Shown: piece after piece, positions 24,382-33,551 of the stretch
Position numbering within the stretch: position 1 is the stretch's first letter
Layout of the letters: each line of letters starts with the position of its first letter
Source: Escherichia coli
Lineage (GTDB): Bacteria; Pseudomonadota; Gammaproteobacteria; Enterobacterales; Enterobacteriaceae
Direction: 5' to 3' (one strand)
Assembly (NCBI RefSeq): GCF_048403405.1
Contig: NZ_CP183129.1
Length of the DNA: 64,000 nucleotides
Notes under the pieces: generated by a model
Databases searched by the model: none
The model's input: only the letters and a program-made list of their open reading frames with translations
Told to the model about the DNA's origin: nothing
Translations under genes and position numbers: made by a program

Positions 24382-25716
24382 ATGCCGCGCTATCAGGATA
24401 TCGCCCGTCAGTTAAAAACGGCTATTGAGCAAGGGGAACTGAAACCCGGCGCAAGGCTGCCTTCAAGTCGTACCTGGTCGCAGGAGCTGGGGGTGTCTCG
24501 ATCCACTGTCGAAAATGCGTATGCTGAGCTGGTGGCGCAAGGATGGCTGATCAGGCGGGGACAGGCTGGCACATTTGTCAGTGAGCGGATATATCCGCAA
24601 CAATCTACTGTACAAGTTGTAGCTTTTGCCGGTGAAAGTCAGCAACCGTTGCCATTTCAAATGGGATTACCCGCACTCGATCTCTTTCCGCGAGAGCTGT
24701 GGGCGCGGGTGATGGGGCGTCGCCTTCGTACCCAGACGCGCTTTGATTTGGCGTTAGGCGATGTCTGCGGTGAGGTGGCGTTGCGCGAGGCAATAGTTGA
24801 TTACTTACGCGTTTCACGTGGGATTGATTGTCAGCCAGAGCAGGTCTTTATCACTCACGGTTATGCGGCCTCAATAGCTTTAATTCTGCACGCGCTGGCG
24901 AAACCGGGAAACGGGATGTGGATAGAAGATCCCGGCTTTCCACTGATTCGCCCGATTGTCACTCGCCATGATGTGGAAATTTTGCCTGTGCCGGTTGATG
25001 ACAATGGACTGGATATCACAAGCGGAATACAAAATTATCCTGATGCGCGTTTTGCCCTGATAACACCAGCACACCAAAGTCCGCTGGGTGTGGCGCTCTC
25101 TTTAGCGCGCAGGCATCAGATACTGGAATGGGCAGATCGTAGTCAGGCATGGATTATTGAAGATGATTATGACAGTGAGTTTCGCTATCACGGTAAGCCG
25201 TTACCGGCGTTAAAAAGTCTCGACGCACCGCAGCGGGTAATTTATGCCGGAACATTCAGCAAAGCGCTATTTCCTGCATTGCGCTGTGCGTGGCTGGTGT
25301 TGCCGGTGAAGCAAATTGCACAATTCCGCCACCAGGCGTCACTGGCTCCATGTGCGGTACCTGTTCTATGGCAGAACACACTGGCAGACTTTCTTCGCGA
25401 GGGGCATTTCTGGCGGCATCTGAAGAAAATGCGTCAGCATTATGCTCAACGTCGGCAATGGATTGAGCAAGCGTTGACGCAGCAAGGATTTCAGGTTGTG
25501 CCGCAGAAAGGTGGTATCCAGATGGTGATCAGAATGATAGGCGATGATATTGCCCATGCGCGTAAAGCCAATGCTGCAGGCCTTGCGGTGCAGGCACTTA
25601 GCGACTGGCGTATCCGTTCAAGTGGGGAAGGTGGATTACTGCTCTCGTTTACTAATATCGTTAACGAAGGTATGGCGCGACAGGTAGCACAACAATTACG
25701 TAAAGCCTTAAGCTAA
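24382..25716 (+). CDS. MocR/GabR-type transcriptional regulator (GntR HTH fused to PLP-dependent aminotransferase-like domain)
   Basis: 444-aa ORF; N-terminal GntR-family wHTH (..SSRTWSQELGVSRSTVENAYAELVAQGW..) and large C-terminal aminotransferase-fold domain (..IYAGTFSKALFPALR.. with the expected Lys); divergent from the AhpD-like gene. Confidence 0.82.
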   Translation: MPRYQDIARQLKTAIEQGELKPGARLPSSRTWSQELGVSRSTVENAYAELVAQGWLIRRGQAGTFVSERIYPQQSTVQVVAFAGESQQPLPFQMGLPALDLFPRELWARVMGRRLRTQTRFDLALGDVCGEVALREAIVDYLRVSRGIDCQPEQVFITHGYAASIALILHALAKPGNGMWIEDPGFPLIRPIVTRHDVEILPVPVDDNGLDITSGIQNYPDARFALITPAHQSPLGVALSLARRHQILEWADRSQAWIIEDDYDSEFRYHGKPLPALKSLDAPQRVIYAGTFSKALFPALRCAWLVLPVKQIAQFRHQASLAPCAVPVLWQNTLADFLREGHFWRHLKKMRQHYAQRRQWIEQALTQQGFQVVPQKGGIQMVIRMIGDDIAHARKANAAGLAVQALSDWRIRSSGEGGLLLSFTNIVNEGMARQVAQQLRKALS

Positions 25717-25743
25717 AAAACCCCGAAGCCAGGCTTCGGGGTT
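25715..25743. terminator. Bidirectional terminator between the MocR-type gene and ygaM
   Basis: aaaaaa-ccccgaagcc-a-ggcttcgggg-tt hairpin between convergent genes. Confidence 0.6.
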
Positions 25744-25772
25744 AAAGACGCGTATTTATTATCATTTTTGCA

Positions 25773-26102
25773 CTACGATTTGCGCATGCTTAACAGTGCG
25801 CCGATAAAAATACCTACCGCAGCTGCTGTACCCACGCTACACCAGGGTCTTTCACGAACAAAAGAATCCGCGCAGCCAACGGCATCGCGCGCGGCTTGCT
25901 GGACGCGAGTACGACCATGCATTCGCGCCCTGGTTTCTTTCAGTAGAGCCTGCGCTTTACTGCGTGCGGCTTCAGCTTCCCCTTTAGCGTCGCTGCCCCA
26001 GGACTTCAATACAGATTCGAGGCTATCAGCTAATTGATTGACATCATTCTGGATATCCTGCACGCCATCATCAACGTCGTTGCGGTTCGGTCGGTTAAAC
26101 AT
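25773..26102 (-). CDS. ygaM: DUF883/ElaB-family membrane-anchored protein
   Basis: ORF track 25773-26114; ATG at 26102 has a gggga SD; C-terminal TM anchor (..VGTAAAVGIFIGALLSMRKS). Confidence 0.85.
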   Translation of the reverse strand: MFNRPNRNDVDDGVQDIQNDVNQLADSLESVLKSWGSDAKGEAEAARSKAQALLKETRARMHGRTRVQQAARDAVGCADSFVRERPWCSVGTAAAVGIFIGALLSMRKS

Positions 26103-26253
26103 ATGATCCCCCATTAGAATTCGATGTAATTTTCAGTGTAGACCATAATTTTCTTAACTGAGGTTCATCGCGGCTTTATGGACTTTTCTGAAAGCGTTGT
26201 GAATGCGCAATCAGGTAAGGTAGGCCCGCGGTTGATAATAACGAGGATCAAAT

Positions 26254-26598
26254 ATGTATTTACGACCAGACGAGGTGGCGCGCGTACTTGAAAAAGTCGG
26301 TTTTACTGTCGATGTGGTAACCCAGAAGGCTTATGGTTACCGCCGTGGGGAAAACTATGTCTATGTTAATCGCGAAGCGCGAATGGGACGTACCGCCCTG
26401 GTGATTCATCCAACATTAAAAGAACGTAGTTCAACACTGGCTGAACCCGCTTCCGATATTAAAACTTGCGATCATTATCAACAATTTCCGCTCTATTTAG
26501 CAGGCGAGCGACACGAGCATTACGGTATCCCCCATGGCTTTAGTTCGCGTGTTGCGCTTGAACGTTATTTGAATGGTTTATTTGGCGAAGCCAGTTAA
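26254..26598 (+). CDS. ygaC: DUF2002 family protein
   Basis: 114-aa [25 protein letters not shown].. in the conserved position between ygaM and alaE. Confidence 0.85.
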
Positions 26599-26634
26599 AG
26601 ACGCGACTGGCGATGCCAGTCGCGAAAAGAAGGG

Positions 26635-27084
26635 TCAGGCTTTTACCTGCTGGTAACGGCTGACTTTAAACAGTCGGCGGCAATAATCGAGGAAGTAGCC
26701 ATAAACCGCCCCCATCAACATCGAAACAACGATGTTTGAACTGACCGCCGCCATAATCTGATGCCAGTCTGCGCCCACCACTAACAAGATCGCCACATAC
26801 ACCGGTGACTGGAACGTCACATAAGCCATGATATCCGCCAGATTTTTTATCCAGCCCGACGGGCTAACTTTGCGTGCTGCGCGCATAAACAGATCGCGGT
26901 ACATACCGTATGGCCATGCAATTAAGATGTTCACCGGAATCGCTACCAATCTGGAATAAAAAGACTGTTCGAAGCTCATTCCGGAGAGGAAAACTTCAAT
27001 ACACATGTTCACGACAGAACAGTAAACAACCATCGCGAACGTATCTGCAACTGCATGACGCAAGCGTGACTGCGGTGAGAACAT
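26635..27084 (-). CDS. alaE: L-alanine exporter AlaE
   Basis: ORF track 26635-27195; ATG at 27084 has an aaggag SD and gives a 149-aa membrane protein [21 protein letters not shown].. Confidence 0.88.
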   Translation of the reverse strand: MFSPQSRLRHAVADTFAMVVYCSVVNMCIEVFLSGMSFEQSFYSRLVAIPVNILIAWPYGMYRDLFMRAARKVSPSGWIKNLADIMAYVTFQSPVYVAILLVVGADWHQIMAAVSSNIVVSMLMGAVYGYFLDYCRRLFKVSRYQQVKA

Positions 27085-27195
27085 GCTAATGCTCCTTAAT
27101 AAAAGCGTAATGGGATGTGAATGGAGATGAAAGCAGTGGATCTCATTGCCATCTGCATTTTCGCATAGCGTATATCGCTGGCTATGACTAATCAA

Positions 27196-27751
27196 TTAGT
27201 GAAAAATTTTTATTTAAACTGTTTTTGTAGATAAAATATTCCGTAACGGCGCGTTTTTTGTACATTGTGGATTTTTACATGCCGATATGGTTTATTTTAA
27301 ATTGAATCAATTAGATATGATCCTGCCTTTAATTACACTAATGAAAGTTTGGGGGTGAGATAACGCTATAAGCGTAGAGAATTCGGTGTATGTCGTGACC
27401 GGGTCATTTTCAGCATTTTTTATGCCAGAAAATGTACATTGACAGCAGAAAGCACCAGTGAGGGGTGTTTTCATTTATTCGGTTAAATTGCATTTTTATT
27501 CACTTTGGTTTTGTCAGGCTTGCGGAATTAGCGAGCAGAGAGCGCCGCTCTGTTCACCAATAACCGAAATTACTCATCAAAATGGCTAATATATAATCTT
27601 GAAATTATTCTGAGAGTTTCAGAAAATAACAGCTGAAATAATCTCGTGCAGGACTGTAAATAGATTAAATTTTGTGGAAATATAATAAGTGATCGCTTAC
27701 ACTACGCGACGAAATACTTTTTTGTTTTGGCGTTAAAAGGTTTTCTTTATT
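27196..27751 (+). promoter_or_regulatory. AT-rich stpA upstream regulatory region (divergent from alaE)
   Basis: 556-bp AT-rich non-coding stretch with many A/T tracts upstream of stpA; a silencing/curved-DNA regulatory region is expected for an H-NS paralogue. Confidence 0.45.
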
Positions 27752-28156
27752 ATGTCCGTAATGTTACAAAGTTTAAATAACATTCGCACTCTCCGTGCGA
27801 TGGCTCGCGAATTCTCCATTGACGTTCTTGAAGAAATGCTCGAAAAATTCAGGGTTGTCACTAAAGAAAGACGTGAAGAAGAAGAACAGCAGCAGCGTGA
27901 ACTGGCAGAGCGCCAGGAAAAAATTAGCACCTGGCTGGAGTTGATGAAAGCTGACGGAATTAACCCGGAAGAGTTATTGGGTAATAGCTCTGCTGCTGCA
28001 CCACGCGCTGGTAAAAAACGCCAGCCGCGTCCGGCGAAATATAAATTCACCGATGTTAACGGTGAAACTAAAACCTGGACCGGTCAGGGTCGTACACCGA
28101 AGCCAATCGCTCAGGCGCTGGCAGAAGGTAAATCTCTCGACGATTTCCTGATCTAA
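27752..28156 (+). CDS. stpA: H-NS paralogue StpA (DNA-binding nucleoid protein)
   Basis: 134-aa [36 protein letters not shown].. with C-terminal [12 protein letters not shown]-binding motif. Confidence 0.95.
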   Translation: MSVMLQSLNNIRTLRAMAREFSIDVLEEMLEKFRVVTKERREEEEQQQRELAERQEKISTWLELMKADGINPEELLGNSSAAAPRAGKKRQPRPAKYKFTDVNGETKTWTGQGRTPKPIAQALAEGKSLDDFLI

Positions 28157-28202
28157 TTACTGAGGCCGGATGCCGCCGCTATGGCGCGTCCGGCGTCGCT
28201 TC

Positions 28203-28727
28203 TCAAGCTCGTTGGTTCCACGGCATCTTACCTAACAACCTTGCCATACCACAAAAACCGCTAATTCCTGCAAACAGTAACCCGGCACCAACAAAGCCGC
28301 TTAATAAGAAGAAACCGCTATTTACGGTATAACCTAGTATAACTCCGATTAATATTAAACCACCCGCAGCGATCTGCACCTGGCGCATTAACGGCAAGGG
28401 TTGAGATTTATTTACCGCTACTGGTAATCCTGCTTTTTTCCAGCCATCAATCCCATCTTCGAGTAAAAAGATTTCTGCGGGGGCGGCAATCGCTGCTAAT
28501 TTATCGGCGTTATTACTGGTGCGTTTACCTGCCTGGCAGTGGAATATAATTTGCTCGTGACGTAATTTAGCCGGAAGACCTGACTGTTCCAGCTCGGATA
28601 ATGGAGCCAGATCTGCTTCAGGAATATGCTCACGAAGATATTCATCAGCGTCACGAATATCGATTAACTTTGCGCCGCGTGCGATTAATTCTTGTGCATC
28701 ATGCGGCGAAATGGTTGTCAAAGCCAT
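28203..28727 (-). CDS. ygaP: Rhodanese-domain inner membrane sulfurtransferase
   Basis: 174-aa ORF with rhodanese active-site Cys (FHCQAGKRT) and C-terminal TM helices. Confidence 0.88.
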   Translation of the reverse strand: MALTTISPHDAQELIARGAKLIDIRDADEYLREHIPEADLAPLSELEQSGLPAKLRHEQIIFHCQAGKRTSNNADKLAAIAAPAEIFLLEDGIDGWKKAGLPVAVNKSQPLPLMRQVQIAAGGLILIGVILGYTVNSGFFLLSGFVGAGLLFAGISGFCGMARLLGKMPWNQRA

Positions 28728-28736
28728 AGTGACTCC

Positions 28737-29036
28737 TTACGGACAATAGACATTTTTCAGGGTGGCGATAATGGCATTTACCGCCTCATTTTTAATGGAA
28801 TATAGAATGCGTTGGGCATCCCGTTGGCTGTCGATAAGCCCTTCGTCCCGCATACGAGCGAGATGCTGTGATGTCGCAGAGGCACTCAGTCCGGTAATGC
28901 GCGTCAGCTCTCCCGCACTGGTGCCGGGGGAACCGCTAAGCATGCACAGAATCAGCAACCGTTTAGGGTGGCTCATTGCTTTCAATAAGGCCGCTGCCTG
29001 TTCGGCACTGGCCTGTAATTGCGCGAGTTCAGTCAT
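28737..29036 (-). CDS. ygaV: ArsR/SmtB-family transcriptional regulator
   Basis: 99-aa wHTH ORF immediately upstream of ygaP. Confidence 0.88.
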   Translation of the reverse strand: MTELAQLQASAEQAAALLKAMSHPKRLLILCMLSGSPGTSAGELTRITGLSASATSQHLARMRDEGLIDSQRDAQRILYSIKNEAVNAIIATLKNVYCP

Positions 29037-29218
29037 ATTTATTTAAGTATTTTCTAAATTAAGCAAACTCTAAACTAAAAATGCAACATATACCAGCCTC
29101 AGCAGCGTAAATGAGAGTAAAAGCGTAAGCTGAAACTGGCAGGCTCCGCTAAAATTACTACGCTTAAGAGATAAAATCTCTTTTTAAACAATGAGTAATT
29201 TTCTTATAGGGAGTACAT

Positions 29219-29377
29219 ATGGGTTTCTGGAGAATCGTCATCACCATCATTCTGCCGCCGCTCGGCGTGCTGCTCGGTAAAGGGTTCGGTTGGGCGTTCA
29301 TTATTAATATTCTGCTGACACTGCTTGGGTATATCCCCGGTTTGATTCACGCTTTCTGGGTGCAAACCCGCGATTAA
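29219..29377 (+). CDS. yqaE: Pmp3/UPF0057 family small membrane protein
   Basis: 52-aa ORF (MGFWRIVITIILPPLGVLLGKGFGWAFIINILLTLLGYIPGLIHAFWVQTRD), ATG at 29219; below the ORF-track size cutoff, found by reading. Confidence 0.8.
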   Translation: MGFWRIVITIILPPLGVLLGKGFGWAFIINILLTLLGYIPGLIHAFWVQTRD

Positions 29378-29460
29378 ACCTGTCCTCACCCCCGCGGCGT
29401 TAACGCGCCGCGTTCCTCTGCTACACTTTCTGAGTGTTTCCGTTAACGAATGAGGTAGCT

Positions 29461-29910
29461 ATGGGTCTGTTCAATTTTGTGAAAGATGCCGGAGAAAAAC
29501 TCTGGGACGCGGTTACAGGTCAGCACGATAAAGACGATCAGGCGAAGAAGGTGCAGGAGCATCTGAACAAAACCGGTATACCTGATGCCGATAAAGTGAA
29601 TATTCAAATTGCCGACGGCAAAGCGACGGTCACGGGTGATGGCCTGAGTCAGGAGGCGAAGGAGAAAATCCTTGTTGCGGTGGGGAATATTTCCGGTATT
29701 GCCAGTGTCGATGATCAGGTGAAAACGGCGACACCAGCCACTGCCAGCCAGTTTTATACCGTTAAGTCTGGCGACACTCTGAGTGCCATTTCCAAACAGG
29801 TCTACGGTAACGCTAATCTGTACAATAAAATCTTCGAAGCGAATAAACCGATGCTAAAAAGCCCGGATAAAATTTACCCGGGGCAAGTGTTGCGTATTCC
29901 TGAAGAGTAG
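29461..29910 (+). CDS. kbp: Potassium-binding protein Kbp (BON + LysM domains)
   Basis: ORF track 29434-29910; ATG at 29461 with gaggtag SD; [18 protein letters not shown].. and C-terminal LysM ([30 protein letters not shown]). Confidence 0.9.
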
Positions 29911-30573
29911 TTAATTGCCAGCCATCGCCTGCTGAATAATGGGAATTGGCGTCAGTAAATGCTGGCGCATTAACTCACTGGCGCGCGCGGTATCTCGCGC
30001 CAGTACCGCCGCAGTCAGGGTCTGGTGCTGATCGTGTTTATCTTCCAGCATTTCCACGGAAAGCACCGTTCGCCGCAACCAGATGAAGCGATAGCGCGCC
30101 GCCAGATCAAACAACCGTTCACGCATTTGCAGCAAATAGTGAGAACCACAGCCTGCCACAATTGCAGTATGAAATGCCTGATGACGCAGATCCCACTCAT
30201 CAAGCATTTTCTCACTGGCGTCACAGGCCTCCAGCTTACTGAGCAGATGCGCTTTTGCGAGAACGTCTGCCTCCCATTCATCGCCACCGCGGGCAATCGC
30301 CAGACTGACCAGCATCGCTTCCATATTGGCGCGGGCGTCGAAAATATCGAGCAGCTCCTGCTCTGACATAGACGCCACCCGATACCCTTTTTGATTCACC
30401 ACCGTGACCAGTCGTTCTGCTACCAGTTGCGAAAGCGCTTCCCGCAACGGCCCAACGCCAAGTGCATAACGCGATGTCAGCAAACTCATCCGTAATTTTT
30501 CATCCGGTTGAAAGTTTCCGCGAATAATATCGTTCTTCAGCCAGCGATAGCCATCCAGAGACGTAATGGTCAT
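29911..30573 (-). CDS. csiR: GntR/FadR-family repressor CsiR
   Basis: ORF track 29911-30591; ATG at 30573 with aggag SD gives 220 aa; directly downstream of gabP. Confidence 0.88.
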   Translation of the reverse strand: MTITSLDGYRWLKNDIIRGNFQPDEKLRMSLLTSRYALGVGPLREALSQLVAERLVTVVNQKGYRVASMSEQELLDIFDARANMEAMLVSLAIARGGDEWEADVLAKAHLLSKLEACDASEKMLDEWDLRHQAFHTAIVAGCGSHYLLQMRERLFDLAARYRFIWLRRTVLSVEMLEDKHDQHQTLTAAVLARDTARASELMRQHLLTPIPIIQQAMAGN

Positions 30574-30593
30574 GGTGTGACTCCTGATCATTA

Positions 30594-31994
30594 TTAGCGC
30601 GTATTATGAACGGGTGTTTTTTGCCACAATACCAGCTTTTTCCAGCGAGCCATAATTGGCACGGTACAGATAATCCCTATCGCTAATAAGCCGGTGGAGA
30701 TCACTTCTAACTGTTGCGCCGGGCGGAATAGCATCACTACCAACACAAAGGTAATAAAGCCGATGACCAGCCAGGTGAGCCACGGATAAAGCCACATCCG
30801 CAGGCGAATTTCGCTTCCTTCTGCTCGCAGAATTTTGCGCATCCGCAATTGTGAAACGGCGATGACTAAATAAACCAGCAGGGCGATAGCGCCGGAGCTG
30901 TCGATCAGAAATTTAAACACTTTCGCAGGCGCGTAATAATTCACCACCACCGTTAAAAATGCCGCACCGGTCGAGAGTAATACCGCCACATACGGGGTTT
31001 TACTGCGGTTGATTTTACCCATTACCGCGGGAGCATCACCGCGACGGCTTAAGGAGTAGAGCATTCTGGAAGCGGTATACAGCGCCGAGTTCAGGCAACT
31101 GGTTACGGAAAGTAATATCACGCAGTCCATGATTAATTTCGCATGGGGAATATTGAGCAACTCCAGAACCGAGCGATAAGATCCAACGGCTTTCAGCCCC
31201 GGCATATTCCACGGTATTAATGCCACAACGACAAAAATAGAACACAAATAGAAAATAGAGATACGCCAGATAACCGAGTTGGTGGCGCGGACAATATGTT
31301 TTTCCGGCGTGTCGGATTCCGCGGCGGCAATGGTGACAATTTCTGCGCCCATAAACGAGAACATAGTGATCAACATCGCGCTTAATACCGCGCCGAAGCC
31401 GTTGGGCATAAAGCCGCCGCTATCCCACAATCTTGAGATCCCGCTCACTTCGGCATAAGGGTAAAAACCGCTAATTGCGACTGCACCAAGGAAAATAAAG
31501 GCCAGGATAGCGATGACTTTGCACAGCGCCAGCCAGAACTCAAATTCGCCGTAGTTTTTAACGCTTAATAAATTACTGCCAGTTAAGGCGAGGGTAATGA
31601 CGAGGGAAAATAACCAGATGGGAATGCCTGGAACCCACGAGTGCAGGATCATGGCGGCGATGTTGGCTTCCAGCGGGATAACCAGTACCCAAAACCACCA
31701 GTACAACCAGCCGATGGTATAGCCCGCCCAACGACCAATAGCTTTATCTGCATAGGTGGAAAACGAACCCGTGTCGGGCGTGGCAACCGCCATTTCCGCC
31801 AACATCCGCATAATCATAACCACCAGTAATCCGGCGAACAGATAGGCCAGTAATACCGCCGGGCCCGCTTCGGCGATGGCGACGCTGGAACCGACAAACA
31901 GACTTGCGCCGATAACACCGGCAATAGACAACATGGTGACGTGGCGTGACTTCAGCCCGCCGCCTAACTCATGTGGTTGCGATGATTGCCCCAT
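30594..31994 (-). CDS. gabP: GABA permease (APC family)
   Basis: ORF track 30594-32057; ATG at 31994 (MGQSSQPHELGGGLKSRHVTMLSIAGVIGASLF..) gives a 466-aa APC transporter. Confidence 0.94.
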   Translation of the reverse strand: MGQSSQPHELGGGLKSRHVTMLSIAGVIGASLFVGSSVAIAEAGPAVLLAYLFAGLLVVMIMRMLAEMAVATPDTGSFSTYADKAIGRWAGYTIGWLYWWFWVLVIPLEANIAAMILHSWVPGIPIWLFSLVITLALTGSNLLSVKNYGEFEFWLALCKVIAILAFIFLGAVAISGFYPYAEVSGISRLWDSGGFMPNGFGAVLSAMLITMFSFMGAEIVTIAAAESDTPEKHIVRATNSVIWRISIFYLCSIFVVVALIPWNMPGLKAVGSYRSVLELLNIPHAKLIMDCVILLSVTSCLNSALYTASRMLYSLSRRGDAPAVMGKINRSKTPYVAVLLSTGAAFLTVVVNYYAPAKVFKFLIDSSGAIALLVYLVIAVSQLRMRKILRAEGSEIRLRMWLYPWLTWLVIGFITFVLVVMLFRPAQQLEVISTGLLAIGIICTVPIMARWKKLVLWQKTPVHNTR

Positions 31995-32082
31995 CCTGAA
32001 TCCTCTCGAAAGTGTGTCACTTGGGAGAGCGCCCCGACATTTCCCGCGTCGGGTCACGCGTGTAATTGTTATTGATTCTTTT

Positions 32083-32246
32083 TGCCGGAGAGCGGCTCCG
32101 CCTTACCCGACCTGGATTCTCGTAGGCCGGACAAGACGCAAAGCGTCGCCTCCGGCATGGTGCGCCGAATGTCGGATGCGGCGTAAACGCCTTATCCGAC
32201 CTACATTTTCGTGGGCCGGACAAGACGCGCAGCGTCGCCTCCGGCA
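32083..32246. repeat. REP/BIME cluster in the gabT-gabP intergenic region
   Basis: Four REP-like palindromic units in alternating orientation (e.g. gccggacaagacgcaaagcgtcgcctccggcatgg and gtcggatgcggcgtaaacgccttatccgacctac). Confidence 0.8.
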
Positions 32247-32257
32247 TGGGTACGGAT

Positions 32258-33538
32258 CTACTGCTTCGCCTCAGCAAAACACTGGCTGATGATCTCCAGA
32301 CCCTGACGGATCTGAGCGTCTTCAATGGTGAGCGGTACAAGGATGCGCAGCACGTTGTAATACGGGCCGCAGGAGAGAAGAATCAAGCCCTTATCGCGAG
32401 CACGCGCCACGATCTCGGCGGTGAGTTTTGCGTCTGGTTTGCTGTGATCGCCATCTTCAAACAGCTCGATGGCAATCATCGCTCCCAGCCCGCGTACGTC
32501 GCCGATCTCAGTATGTTTTTCGGCTATCGCCAGCAATCCGTCTTTCAGTTTCTGCCCCAGATCGTTGGCTTTTTGCAGCAGATTTTCCTGCTCAAACACC
32601 TTCAACACTTCCAGCGCAGCCACGCAGGCAATCGGGTTACCCGCATAGGTGCCGCCCAGACCGCCTGGAGCGACGGCATCCATCACTTCCGCGCGCCCGG
32701 TGACGCCCGCCAGCGGGAAGCCGCCTGCGATCGATTTCGCAAAGGTGGTAAGATCCGGCGCAACGCCCATCTGCTCCATCGCAAACAGCGTGCCGGTACG
32801 CCCCGCGCCGCTCTGCACTTCATCGGCAATCAGCATGATCCCGTGCTCGTCACACAACGCGCGTAAACGCTGCATAAAGGCTGGCGTCGCGGCGTAGAAA
32901 CCGCCTTCGCCCTGAACCGGCTCAATCACGATGGCGGCGATATCTTCCGGCGCGGCGTCATTTTTAAAGATCCGGTGGATGCTGGCGATAGCGTCATCTT
33001 CACTGATGCCGTGCAGCGGGCAAGGATAAAGCGCGCGATAAACATGGCCTGGCATCAGCCCCATACCCGCAGAGTACGGATTTACCTTGCCGGTCAGCGC
33101 CAACGTGTAGTGCGTACGCCCGTGATATGCACCGCTAAAGGCGATGGTCCCGCTGCGTTTGGTGGCGGCGCGGGCGATTTTCACCGCGTTTTCCACCGCT
33201 TCGGAACCGGTCGTAACCAGCAGCGTTTTCTTGGCAAAATCGCCCGGCACCTTCTGATTCATAATCTCGCACAGCTCCAGATACGGCTCGTAGGCCAGCA
33301 CCTGGAAACAGGTGTGCGACAGTTTTTTCAACTGCGCTTCCACCGCCGCAACCACTTTCGGATGCAGGTGCCCGGTATTGAGCACCGCAATGCCGCCCGC
33401 GAAATCAAGATACTCACGGCCTTCAACGTCCCACACCCGGCAGTTTTCCGCGCGGTCAGCGAAAATGGGGTGAATTTGCCCAACGCCACGGGGAATCGCC
33501 TGACTGCGGCGCTGCATTAACTCTTTATTGCTGCTCAT
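32258..33538 (-). CDS. gabT: 4-aminobutyrate aminotransferase
   Basis: 426-aa class III PLP aminotransferase ORF. Confidence 0.95.
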   Translation of the reverse strand: MSSNKELMQRRSQAIPRGVGQIHPIFADRAENCRVWDVEGREYLDFAGGIAVLNTGHLHPKVVAAVEAQLKKLSHTCFQVLAYEPYLELCEIMNQKVPGDFAKKTLLVTTGSEAVENAVKIARAATKRSGTIAFSGAYHGRTHYTLALTGKVNPYSAGMGLMPGHVYRALYPCPLHGISEDDAIASIHRIFKNDAAPEDIAAIVIEPVQGEGGFYAATPAFMQRLRALCDEHGIMLIADEVQSGAGRTGTLFAMEQMGVAPDLTTFAKSIAGGFPLAGVTGRAEVMDAVAPGGLGGTYAGNPIACVAALEVLKVFEQENLLQKANDLGQKLKDGLLAIAEKHTEIGDVRGLGAMIAIELFEDGDHSKPDAKLTAEIVARARDKGLILLSCGPYYNVLRILVPLTIEDAQIRQGLEIISQCFAEAKQ

Positions 33539-33551
33539 TCGCGTTCTCCAG

